Source: Hydrolagus colliei
Taxonomy: Eukaryota
Direction: 5' to 3'
NCBI GenBank assembly: GCA_035084275.1
Contig: CM068755.1
Location: 12,276,001-12,340,000 of the forward strand
DNA: 64,000 nt
Shown: piece by piece, positions 1 through 10,372 of the stretch
How the letters are laid out: each line of letters starts with the position of its first letter
Numbering within the stretch: the stretch's first letter is position 1
Notes under the pieces: model-generated
Told to the model about the DNA's origin: nothing
Database searches by the model: none
Seen by the model: only the letters and a program-made list of their open reading frames with translations
Translations under genes and position numbers: made by a program

Positions 1-145
1 TGAAATGTTATTTATCCTCTCACCAGAAAGAAAAGCTGTTTCTTCCTGTCTTATACCACTTCACAGTTTAGTGATAAATACAAAAACATGACTTTCCATT
101 TTGCCTACATTTTATTATATAGGTGAGAGAAACATTTGAAAATAC

Positions 146-207
146 TACAACCATAGTACATAATAGAGCGCCTTTCACATCAGGAGGACATCCCAAGGCG
201 TAAACAG
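146..207 (-). mobile_element. 3' tail fragment of L2 LINE / L2-dependent SINE
   Basis: Reverse complement of the tail motif GGATGTCCTCCTGATGTGAAAGGCGCTCTA, which recurs many times in the window (e.g. 9327, 13375, 16723). Confidence 0.7.
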
Positions 208-313
208 CACTACAAGTAAACAACTCACCATCAATCATACCATTTCTGATGTGTTTTAGAAAGTTAGTGCATGCTAAATAAAAATTTAGAATCTGATGTT
301 TTGTCATTTTGGA

Positions 314-452
314 ATAATAATACTTGCATCTGATATTGCGCCCAATCACATCCTTGAGAGGTCTCAAAGTGCTTCACAGAATATACAGTACTGTACTATA
401 AACTGAATTGACCATATGTTTTGTGGGTGAAATTGTCTAAATAACTCCACAG
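314..452 (-). mobile_element. tRNA-derived SINE, 3' half
   Basis: Aligns by eye to the 3' half of the intact copy at 34951-35248 (CAATTCA..TTCTGTGAAGCACTTTGAGA..ATGCAAG..TATT). Carries extra CAGTA and CTGTA units. Confidence 0.75.
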
Positions 453-513
453 TGATTCTGTTTTTGAAATGATTACAGGTATCTGTTTACAGATTGTCTG
501 GTACATGTGTCAG

Positions 514-642
514 ACCTCTGGGTCAGAAGGGTGTTGTTTCAAGCCCAATGTTGGGAATTTGAGTTTATTGGCTAGGCTAACGATCTAATACAGTGATGGG
601 AGGATGAACACTGCATTGTCAGAAGTTCAGTCCTTCAGGGTA
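514..642 (+). mobile_element. Deu-domain SINE (SacSINE1-like), 5' part
   Basis: CCTCTGGGTCAGAAGGGTGTTGTTTCAAGCCC..TAGGCT..CTGCATTGTCAGAAG resembles the recalled tRNA head and start of the Deu core of chondrichthyan DeuSINEs. Confidence 0.55.
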
Positions 643-1079
643 GTATGTTGGCATTTGAATAGTAATATTAAAGATATATAATATTTGATTTTTTGGGGAA
701 AAAGATGCAAAATTGAAACATTCCAACAATAATTAATCTGTAATTTTGTACAAGTGACTAATGCAGCTTTAATCCATATATTCTTAAATTGATGTATTTT
801 ATTCTCTTTGTTCAATGGACGTTGTGGGTGAGACTGTTAATGAGTAAATGCCTAATGAAAGAAAGTATAAACAATAATGTATTAAAACGTTTTATAGCTT
901 TCGTAAAAGGCATTTAAAAACTAAAAGAGGCATTCACTTCAGTACTGCTAAACACTACTACTGTACTGTACCACCTTTTGGTATATTCCACACCAAGTAA
1001 AAAGATACAAAAGGTGATCAGGGAAATTATGCTCTTTGAATTCTAAATCAAATCTGATGTTTTAGCACTGTGACATTCG

Positions 1080-1600
1080 ATTAAAGAATGCAAAATAACG
1101 TACGGAAGCGCTGCAACGGTAAACACAGTCTTTTAGGAAATCTTATCAAATAGGTTCAAGGACATTCTAACACTGCTCATATTCGCGCAATTCATCTGCA
1201 TTCATAAACCTGCAGTATTCCTGCCAGCTGCCATGTGTTATCCAAAGCTCTGAAATATTTTACATCCATTAATTCGGAATTACTCCAATTACAAGCTTTC
1301 GGTATGCCAAAGCCCCTGCACAACAGAGATGAGGTACAGACCACACCGACGCACCAATCGCAACGCTTCCCTGGCATCAGTACCAGATGCAAGCAATTTA
1401 CTTTTATTTCTGCATATTCAGTTGGAGGCAAGCACTAGCTTCACCTCTGACCCTGAGCCTGCAGGATTCTAACCTCCCCAAATTAAACCTCTTTGCTCAC
1501 TTATTCCTTTGCGCTGCTGCACCACTAAACATGCATTTCACTCCATAGCAACCCAACGCGGGCGTGCTAGCTCATACAACCAACCTAATCAGCAATTATT
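1080..1600. promoter_or_regulatory. CpG-retaining unique block, candidate enhancer/CNE
   Basis: Many CpGs against a CpG-poor background, an RFX X-box-like CCATAGCAAC at 1543-1552, E-boxes, and no repeat similarity. Confidence 0.35.
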
Positions 1601-2120
1601 GAGAAAAATACAGTACTGTCGTATTATTAGATTCTGTACAGGAAGTACAGTCAAGGTCTGCTACTCTCCTGTGAATCTCTTACAATCTATGCTTAACCAG
1701 TTTTATGCCACAATATTCTGCTTCAACAAAGGGCCAGAGTTTTCATGTTTATTTTTACCACAGAATATCAGGTACAGCTGTAATAAAATAGAACTCTTTG
1801 AAGATTGTGTAAGCAAATGTACCCTTGACATTATAAGCGGTAAAATCATAGCCAGCAGGCATACTTGTATGTAATATCTGTACCATTTTGATGACTCGAC
1901 TGAGGTTTTTACATTTATTTCAGTATGGATATGAGCCAATAATCAAGGTAGTTCATGTTTCATTATACTTTATACTGAACATACATTCCTGATATCATCC
2001 AAACTATGAGGCTGTGTTACCCTTTGCTAGGCACTGTATGAGATGATAAGGACCAGTAAATAAGTAATACAACACTGCAATCATTGCCCTGAAATGATAC
2101 TGTACTATTATAGAAAAATA

Positions 2121-2265
2121 TAATAATAATCATGTCTTCGAGACATCTGAAAGCTCTTTACATCATTTTTACTGTGAAATGTAGTGACTGTATTTGTAGG
2201 TGAATATGGCAGCGAATTTGCACACTTTAAAGCCTCACAAAAAGCTATGAAGTGAGTGATCAATC
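2121..2265 (-). mobile_element. SINE 3' half
   Basis: (TAA)n tail followed by GAGACATC..AAAGC..GTGACTGTATTTGTAGGTGAATATGGCAGC, the reverse complement of the SINE body seen at 34951-35248. Confidence 0.7.
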
Positions 2266-2769
2266 TTATTGCTCACATTTGCTCAAATGTGTCAATCCAT
2301 GGTCTTCCAGCTCGCCTGTCTTCTCTTCAGTTTTGGTGCGACAACCTCTTTCATGCTGCTTTTCAGTTTACTGACACAGATTGTAGGGAGGGGGAATTGT
2401 CAAACATGCAGGAGAAGTGAAGATCAGGGATGGGCATGAAGCAAACAAATAGAAATTTGCAATCACCTTTAAACTGGAAATTTGCATTTCTTTAGGCCAA
2501 AAGATTGATCTTTTTTGCTCAACTGCAGTGAAAATGTGTCAATAGTTTTTTTTAAAAAAACGATTAAAATCCATTGTGGAATACTCTACATTATTCACAG
2601 GTCTCTTAACAATATGATTTCTGTTTGTTATAAGGTAGGAGCCCTTTTGCTGTTGAGGTTGCTGGAAGTGCAAGTAAGTCTGATTCTGAATGGAAAAGTC
2701 ACTTTCTCTCCATGCGTTTGGACTGACTGATAACAGCCAGATCTCAATTTCCTGAAGTAGCCTTATGAC

Positions 2770-3070
2770 TAGGTATGACCATCTGTCAGGGAGATTTTAT
2801 TTACTAATTGTTATAAGCAATTACACGGTAATTTCAGATTAGAGCGATTGTAATGTGTGGTTGCGTTTCTGTTTATTGACAGGAGCCATTTTGGAGGAAT
2901 TGACTTGCTTGGTGTCAGTGGTCATGCACAGAGCTTGGTCATCGTACAGCAAACGAGGCAACAAATTTGTGTTCGACAAATCCCGCAGAGATTCAGGATT
3001 AATTTTTTAACCACAATTGCAATTCTGCATCGATACAATAAAAATATAACAGGACCAATATAACAAACTG
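2770..3070. promoter_or_regulatory. Candidate conserved non-coding element
   Basis: Unique sequence dense in homeodomain/TALE-type words (TAATTG, CAATTA, TTTATTGACAG, TGTCAG) with retained CpGs. Conservation cannot be tested here. Confidence 0.35.
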
Positions 3071-3855
3071 ATTTGTCTTTTCAATACATTTATTTTTCCT
3101 TATACAGTATAATTATTTGTGCTTTCCTGCACCATTTAGTTCTGCCCCCTACAATGACATGGGCCATTCCCTATTTGTAAACGTGAGCTGGCAGCCTGAT
3201 TTCAGGCTCTCTGTCTCCACCGCTCGAGCAACTGCCTGGATAGAAGTGTGTGTGATATTGGGATGAATTATTCACAATGAGGAATATAAACCAGGAATCT
3301 AATAGATGATGATCATCTCTTTGTATGGCCTGCGTAAGAATGTATGGGGAGACTGTGGAGAATGCTTTCAGGAATAAAAAACAAGTCTGTAAACATCGGT
3401 GTCCTTTTCCATCACACTAATGGGCCACAGAACTTTTGTGGATTCAAAACAAATAGGTTTCTCATTAGACGTTCATTTATACTGAAAGTATTATTCAATG
3501 CTTGGGTAGTTTACAAGCTTCATGCTCTGCGTGATGTGAATCCCAAATCTTGAAAGATACTTTCTAAAACAGTTGGAGATGTTCTCCCTGAGTGAAAAGT
3601 GCCTCGGCTCATAGTGTTTTAATTTTTAGTGTTTCTTTTCTTTTCCCTCCAACCTTGGAATTTTGGAGTAACCGCCATTTCCAATCTTGCATTTGAATTT
3701 ATTCAGCAACTTTTTTACATTGGTAGAATCTCTTTTCCCACTTGCAGCAAAGGCTTCCATGTCTCTGATTGCTTTGATCCATCCTATTTCCATGCAGCGT
3801 TCTCCAGTCTTTGGATTGCTGGATATTGTTCTTGCTCTGCCATTAAAATAAAACA

Positions 3856-4082
3856 TAATAATAATACTAATCTTTGCATTTGTGGGTGAAATGTGGCAGC
3901 CAATTGCGCACAACAGTGTCCCACAAACAGTCATGAATTGAAATGACCAATTTTTTTTTTTTTTTCTTAGGGATTATTATCACTTGTGTGGAGTAAGGAA
4001 ACTTGCCCAAGGTTTTGCCAGGTTGGGAATCGAATCCAGGAAGCTCACTGTGAGGCGATTGCTCTCACCACTGAGCTACAGA
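3856..4082 (-). mobile_element. tRNA-headed SINE, internally deleted copy
   Basis: On the minus strand: A-box TAGCTCAGTGG, B-box GGATTCGATTCC, then GGGCAAGTTTCCTTACTCC and ATGACTGTTTGTGGGACACTG, shared with 34951-35248. Confidence 0.85.
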
Positions 4083-5749
4083 ATTGTGCATTCAAATGTG
4101 AAGTAAAGAAGGTAATCCAACATAATTCTAGATCTAGTGGCAGATTTGGAATTTTAACAAATCAGTAAACCTGTGTGTCACTCTGTGTAGTTGCATGAGA
4201 AACTGACAGAAAGATCTATGGTATTTGATAGGAACCACATATCTATCACCTCGAAGGATAACATTCCAAACTGCAGGTGAAGAGATTCTGAAATTCAAAG
4301 GATCTTCAGCATTAAGCTCATTGGTTCAATGCTATGTGTTATTGGATGTAGGGAAATACAGCAATTGTCTTGCTCAATCTAACCAAGATTCACTTTTCTA
4401 AGAAGACTTTCTTGTGTTTTTGTTCATCTCTTATTTGTTCCTATATGTTCATATTATCTTTTCATACATGCCCATGTGCTAAGGTAGGAAGATTACAGTG
4501 TCAAGAAGCTTAATGGAAACACCTCACTATGATTCTTCATGGTACATCATTTCTACCCCTAAACAAATACTGTGCTCTTATTGAATGAGCATCTTGAATA
4601 GTTTTTGTATCAAAATCATCAGCTTAATGGACTTTTCTTTAATGTGTAATATTTCTATCAGTGCCAACTGCTACTCGTAGTCTTTGTTTAAACATTTAAG
4701 GGTGCATAAACACTCACTCCTGCCTGGAACCATTCTCCCATTTCATCCTTTTCTCTCTGTGCCTGGATCTGCCATCTTTACTCTCAATGGGATGGAAGTG
4801 TTGTAAGGTAGATTATCAAAGTTCTTGAACAACAACAATGAAGACAAATGGTTCAGGAAACGCTAAAATTGTCACAATGCTACTATGAGAACAGGTATGA
4901 AAGCCAACAAGAGGAGCGCAATAGGGGTAAAGGCAGAAGCAGTAGTCTGGAGAGTAGCTTTGAAGCTGATTTCAGGATAGCAGAGAATGGAATATTTGAG
5001 GTAGAGACATTATGAAAGTGAAAGGAAAAGGAAAATTGAAACACATCAAAGATGTGGAGTGACAAGAATATCACTGGTGGCAGAAACAGAATAAAATATA
5101 ACAAATTAAATCAGGATTCTTTCCAGATTCTTATTCTTATCATTATATATTATATAATTAATTATATATGAATAATTATCATTATTGTTGACCTGAAATG
5201 TTTTTGTCTTAATCTCTTGAGCCTGAAATATTAAGGTAACCACCAGAATCTAGAAGATGCAATAAAACCTTCTCTATACCAATATGTTGGCGGACAGGAT
5301 GTGTCATATCGTATTATACTTGTACTTATAGCTTCATGAACTAACAATAAGATATTTAAACCTCATTAAGCGTTGTTGTGGTCCCATATCTCCAGGTTGC
5401 TGGGATATTTACCCAACTTATGAATGACTGTCAATTATGTAAAATTAATATCTTATGCAGTATGAGGAGTTAATATGCAATGTAAGAAGTGAATTAATAA
5501 TTGATGACTAAAACAAAGGCAGCAGTTTCCCAGCAGCTCTTGAATATCATACCCTTGAGGTTCAGGGAATACATGTGAACTGTTTGTTAGAAAACATGTC
5601 AAAGGCATTGCCACCAGAGCAGGTCTGTAAGCAGTTATGGATCCTTCTCTGCTTCCCAACACTCATGCCAGTGACCCCTTTCGCCTCTGGTTGTGCTGAA
5701 TCCATACTGGTACTAATAGAATCAAACACAGTGCTCACACGTACTCAGG

Positions 5750-5850
5750 GAAGGTCACCTAAAACAGCAAACAAGGCTGCCATCCTTATATAGCTAAGTC
5801 ACCTCTGCCCTCTGTCACCTGAACTCTGCCCCTAATTTACAAAAGGTCAT
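5750..5850. promoter_or_regulatory. Nuclear-receptor motif cluster, candidate enhancer
   Basis: AAGGTCA at 5751 and 5843; DR1-like TCACCTCTGCCCT (5799-5811) and TGAACTCTGCCCC (5820-5832); CArG-like CCTTATATAG at 5784. Confidence 0.35.
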
Positions 5851-6952
5851 TCTCTTAACAACTGGTGTTTGCACTGGTCAGCACAAAATTTAGAAGGTGG
5901 AAACAACATTAAAAATCAAGGCAGCACTATTATGAAATGATTACGAGGCTGGCTACATCTGGTTTGCCTCAAGGATAGCATGACACCACTTTTAAGAAAG
6001 ACATGCGCCAATGCTGACGAGAACAGCACTTTAAACAACCCACTCACAATTTAGTCATCAAAACAATGGCTGCTTTACATGAGGTTCAAATTGATATTCA
6101 TTTATTGTTTTACTGCACAGAGATGAGTTCAGAGCAGGCTTAATGAGTAGTTGAACAAGCCTGCCTTGAATTTTTGTGAGCATTTACACCTCTGGGTTAT
6201 CTTTTTGTGGTCCCTATTTCTACTGCACTCCGCAATGTGTTGCTTCATAAATCTATGTTGCAAGGCTTTTCTGAAGCTACACATTATAAGCAAATAATTG
6301 ACTTCAGTCGAACTTCAGGCATGTAGAGAAAACACTTAATGAGTATTTATTCACCCATGAGACACGTTTTTCTGTTTTTTTTATCTACGTTGTCTTGGGA
6401 AAACATATATGCAAATGACAGTCGGTGTCCACTTTCTGTCACAGCGATTGTTACTTAACCAAATAATGCCAAATAACAATCCAAAAACCAGCTGGCATTC
6501 ATTTTGGACCTTTATGTATCCTAAATGTTTTTTTACACTGAAAGTCAAAGCATATCATTTGAGAAGGTGTGTGTGTGTGTGTGTAAATCCCTTTGCATTG
6601 TGGAAGAGTCTGCCATATTGATGAGTGCAAATTTGGGTAACATTACTCTTTTTATTTTTGCATGTCAAAACTGGCTTGGTAAGCATAGATCGAGCAGATA
6701 ATATATTCTTTATTTTGAATTATATGTGCCATATAATATATCACAAGGCTTTTTATTCTTGCAGCTCTGAATAGCAAATTATTTCCATTATTTCACCCTT
6801 CTGTAATGACACGTGACGTAATTATTCCACGGTTCGTATGTTAACATACGGATGGTTCCATTTGGGGAATTTGAAAACTATATTCAGTGCATCGCTTTTG
6901 ATCACATCTGACCCTGAAAAGATAATTCTAACATGTAAAAAGGTTCTATGAC

Positions 6953-7255
6953 GGGGACATTTGCCTGTTCAGGTGGATTGTTAAAGATCCCGTGGCACAA
7001 CTTGAAAAGACAAGGCAGTTTCTCTCAGTATCCTGGCCAACAATCCCCCAATTCACCCAATCCTCTGTTACTCCCCATCAATCCCTCAGATAAAATTGCT
7101 TATTCATTTCATGGTTGTTTGTGGAATGTTGCTGTGCACAAATGAGCCACCTACTGATACGCAGCCACTACATTTTGAAGCAAATCCTGTGAAGCAATTT
7201 GAGAAGTGCTCCCGACATGAAAGGCATTTATTTCAAATGCAAGTGTTATTATTAT
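6953..7255 (+). mobile_element. Deu-domain SINE (core plus 3' tail)
   Basis: TGCCTGTTCAGGTGGA..TAAAGATCCCGTGGCAC..TCCTGGCCAACA Deu core, then GTTTGTGGAATGTTGCTGTGCAC and the TGAAAGGC..AAATGCAAG(TTA)n tail. Confidence 0.85.
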
Positions 7256-8707
7256 CAAGAGAAATAACCAATGCCGGGGAGTAATGGTAACAGAGGATTG
7301 GGGGAATCCAGATGATGACCATAAATCAACGTCCCCATAGTTTATGGCTGGGTCACTTGGTTACATTCCTACCTTGTTACCCATTCTCTATCGTATTACA
7401 CACAATAAGGAGGCAACTAGTGGGAGCATTCTCAGCTCCCAAAAAACATTTTTGAATTGCTTCATAAAGTTACCTGATGTTTCACAACTTTTAAAGCTAC
7501 AAACTTTACATATCCAGCATGAAACACGAAGATGCCTATCTTCACCCTGCACGCTGTGCACCGTATTTGAAGCCGTCAGATTGTAACAGGACATAAATGA
7601 TTTTTATCTAACTAGTTTTTGCATTATTTATGAGAAATCTTAACCACAAGCTAGTTGCTAGTTTTGCATATCTCATTCCGTATGTTGTAAAAATTATGAA
7701 TCATTAGTCCAGTCTGAGGGAAGCGAAGGTGTTAGAGAACCTTCAGAAGCACATTTAATGAAACACTATTGCAATAAAACAGTGAAATGATAAATTTAAT
7801 GTGATCAGACTATCATTCTCTTGATATGTATGTTCAGTTTACATGAAGTCCTTTAAATTTGCCTCCGCTGTACTTTATTTCGACTTGCATTGAACAGTTA
7901 AGTACAACGCACTGCCAAACTGTTACGGTGTGAAAGCCTCTACGATGAGCTGTTCCTATGAACTCCACTAGTCACATATGCCTTTATTTGAAACCTTCTT
8001 TATTCCTAGTACAGAAAAAAAATGAAAATGAAAACATGGCCTTATTTCTCTACCCTTGGCTGCTCATTCCAGATAAAAGGAACAATAGCTGTTTTATGTA
8101 GAAAGGGGTTTTTCCCAGTCAGCCCGGAGATCTGACGGATTATACTATGCCTCACCCTCCAAAATCACAAGCCATGTTTGGAAGAATGAACAGGCAGAGT
8201 TCTGTTCAAATTGTGGCTTCGCGGCTGGTCCTTCTTTCATCCCATATTCTCCCACACATGCCCTTATTTCTCTCGTATCACCCACCAATGAGGGTCCATC
8301 TGTAGCAGTGAGTAGGACCCACATCAAAGGGCTTCTCAGCTAGCAGTTCACAGTTAATGCTGGCACTATTGAGTGCAGGAGAGAAGAGAGAATGAAAGGC
8401 CCACTCCTTACACAAGGATGCCAAAGAATAGAACAAAACCCTCTATTCTCTCTCACAGCATAATACCGCAAATCAGAATGCTTGTATATAACACATCTGA
8501 GGATTTTCTATATTAAAACTCTTTCAGTTTACAAACAAGGAACCTAAATGAGAAGAGAATCAAACCTAAATAAGAAAACATTCTACAGTGAACTTCATGG
8601 ATATTGTTTAATTCTGTAAAAATAAAACTTGCTAAAAAAAAATCCTTCCACTGTTATCATTTTCAGCTCTGTGCAATAAAATGACAGACAACAACAAAAA
8701 ATACAGC

Positions 8708-8766
8708 AACAACAACAAAATTACACTTATAGAGCGCCTTTCATTTTGGGAGGATGCCCCCAAGTC
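8708..8766 (-). mobile_element. L2 3' tail fragment
   Basis: (AAC)n-AAAATTACACTTATAGAGCGCCTTTCA..GGAGGA, the same tail as at 16308, 21008 and 22109. Confidence 0.75.
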
Positions 8767-9104
8767 ATAGACAATTCTACTATGAATGAGTGTTTAACAA
8801 TGTATAGGTTGCTACAAATAAGGTCAGACACATGTATTGTGAAATGCAATTTGATGTGATTCATGTGTCCAGCAACAGTGGGTCAATTAATAGATTATAA
8901 AATTTTAGATTTTCTCCTCATATCATTTGTGCTATATTGCCTCCCACTTTCATGTCAACACAGACTGTTATCATGTTTGACATTATCATGGCCCACACAA
9001 ATATTGTACAACTACATTTTTTCTCATGTGATGCCGGTTGCTCCTGTAAAGCCAGTGAGTGTGGAGTCAGCAGGAACAGGCATTTAGTGGGAAACAAGGT
9101 GAAA

Positions 9105-9321
9105 GAGTGAGTGCATCAGAGCAGATATACGAGGATGATATCGGGGTCAAGTGGTTTGGCCTACAAAAGGATATTGGAGGAACTGGGACTTTTTTTCTGC
9201 TGGAACGAAGAAGGTTGAGGGTTGTCTTGATAGAGGTCTTTAAAATTATGAAGGGTATTTGATAAGGGTCAATAGGGAGAAATTATTTCAACTGGTCAGG
9301 GAGTGTGTAACTAGAGTACAT
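9105..9321 (+). mobile_element. CR1 LINE ORF2 C-terminal remnant
   Basis: Translates, with frameshifts, to ..YTRMISG..LEELGLF..LERRRLRVVLIEVFKIMKG..REKLFQLV..TR, matching the CR1 motif LGLFSLERRRLRGDLIEVFKI. Confidence 0.85.
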
Positions 9322-9326
9322 CCAGC

Positions 9327-9390
9327 TCCTTGGAATGTCCTCCTGATGTGAAAGGCATTATATATGTAATTATGTTGTAATTTTGTTGTT
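9327..9390 (+). mobile_element. L2 3' tail fragment
   Basis: CTTGGAATGTCCTCCTGATGTGAAAGGC..TAATTTTGTTGTT. Confidence 0.7.
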
Positions 9391-9415
9391 ACATCAATTT
9401 AAGATAGTTAATATG

Positions 9416-9560
9416 CAACAAATTGCATTTGTATAACGTCTTTCATGTCGGGAGGACATCTCAAGATGTTGGACAGCCAGGGATTTGGACCTGAGCTGGG
9501 GTTTGGGATTAGGAGGGGCGGAGGGCAGGGAGGGTAGGACCGAAGGCACAGTTGAAAAGT
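9416..9560 (-). mobile_element. L2 3' end fragment (tail-to-tail with previous)
   Basis: CAACAAATTGCATTTGTATAACGTCTTTCATGTCGGGAGGACATCTCAAG plus a G-rich 3'UTR similar to 16308-16600 and 22109-22372. Confidence 0.75.
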
Positions 9561-10064
9561 CACATATTCCTTTTACAGTTTTGAAATGTAGCCAACAGGA
9601 AAGGAAAGAGTATCCAATCTGCAAACACCTAGTTTTCAGACTCTCCGGCCCCTGAAAGCTCTAGTTAAATGTTCTACTGTTCCGTAATTAAAAAGCTCTA
9701 AATATGCTGAATTAATTTTTTGCATTCTGGAAAGGAATAACATCCTGTTCGACAAGATTACATTTGAAACAGTGAGAAGTGGCACCTGCTCATTATAGGC
9801 TATTTAACCATAATTGGTAACAAACCAACATTCCCAGTTCAATTAAGTTTCAGAACTTGCAGACAATCAGTTTGCTTGTTGAGTGTTCTTATGAAATCAA
9901 TGATCATTGCATTTTCCATGTGGTTATGTTTTAAAACAGGAATGTTTGATTAGAACAGTGGCTCTGCATGTTTATTTCCCTTTGCTGAAGGGAGTGACTT
10001 TCCTGGGACAATACTTCACCAGCAATTCTGCCATATCTTGGTCTCTATTCTTGCGTGAGCCAAG

Positions 10065-10372
10065 ATAGTGTGTAGTAGTTTATTTAACAGGTTTAAAGGA
10101 CCTGACATCTGCTGTGGGCTCCTGTGGGGAGCCTCAAAGCCTGGTTCTTGCCCAGCATTAACACGTGCATGCTTTCCAGCAGGACAATGATCATGAGTGG
10201 TAATCTTGGTTCAGCTTTTCACCTCTCCAGACTGGGTCAACCATACTACCTGCCCTGGTTCCCCGAATGAAAATATTTAACACAGAACCACGGAACAAGG
10301 GTCAAACCTGAGAGCTTCCTAGGCTGTTTGGCTCTGCACGACAGCACAATGTGTATTTACTCATTTTAACCA
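10065..10372 (-). mobile_element. Ancient tRNA-headed SINE-like repeat, second family
   Basis: Minus strand reads GAGTAAATACAC..GAGCCAAACAGCCTAGGAAG..CAGGTTTGACCC..CCTGCTGGAAAGCATGCACGTG, resembling an old chondrichthyan SINE recalled from memory. A head-only copy appears at ~24670-24750. Confidence 0.5.

Noticed and set aside
384-407. miR-101-like TACAGTACTGT..AACTGAA
   Set aside because: It lies inside a SINE copy, differs from miR-101 in the middle, and has no precursor hairpin.
6567-6583. (GT)n here, and (GAGT)n at ~11689 and (GA)n at ~42794
   Set aside because: Ordinary short microsatellites.
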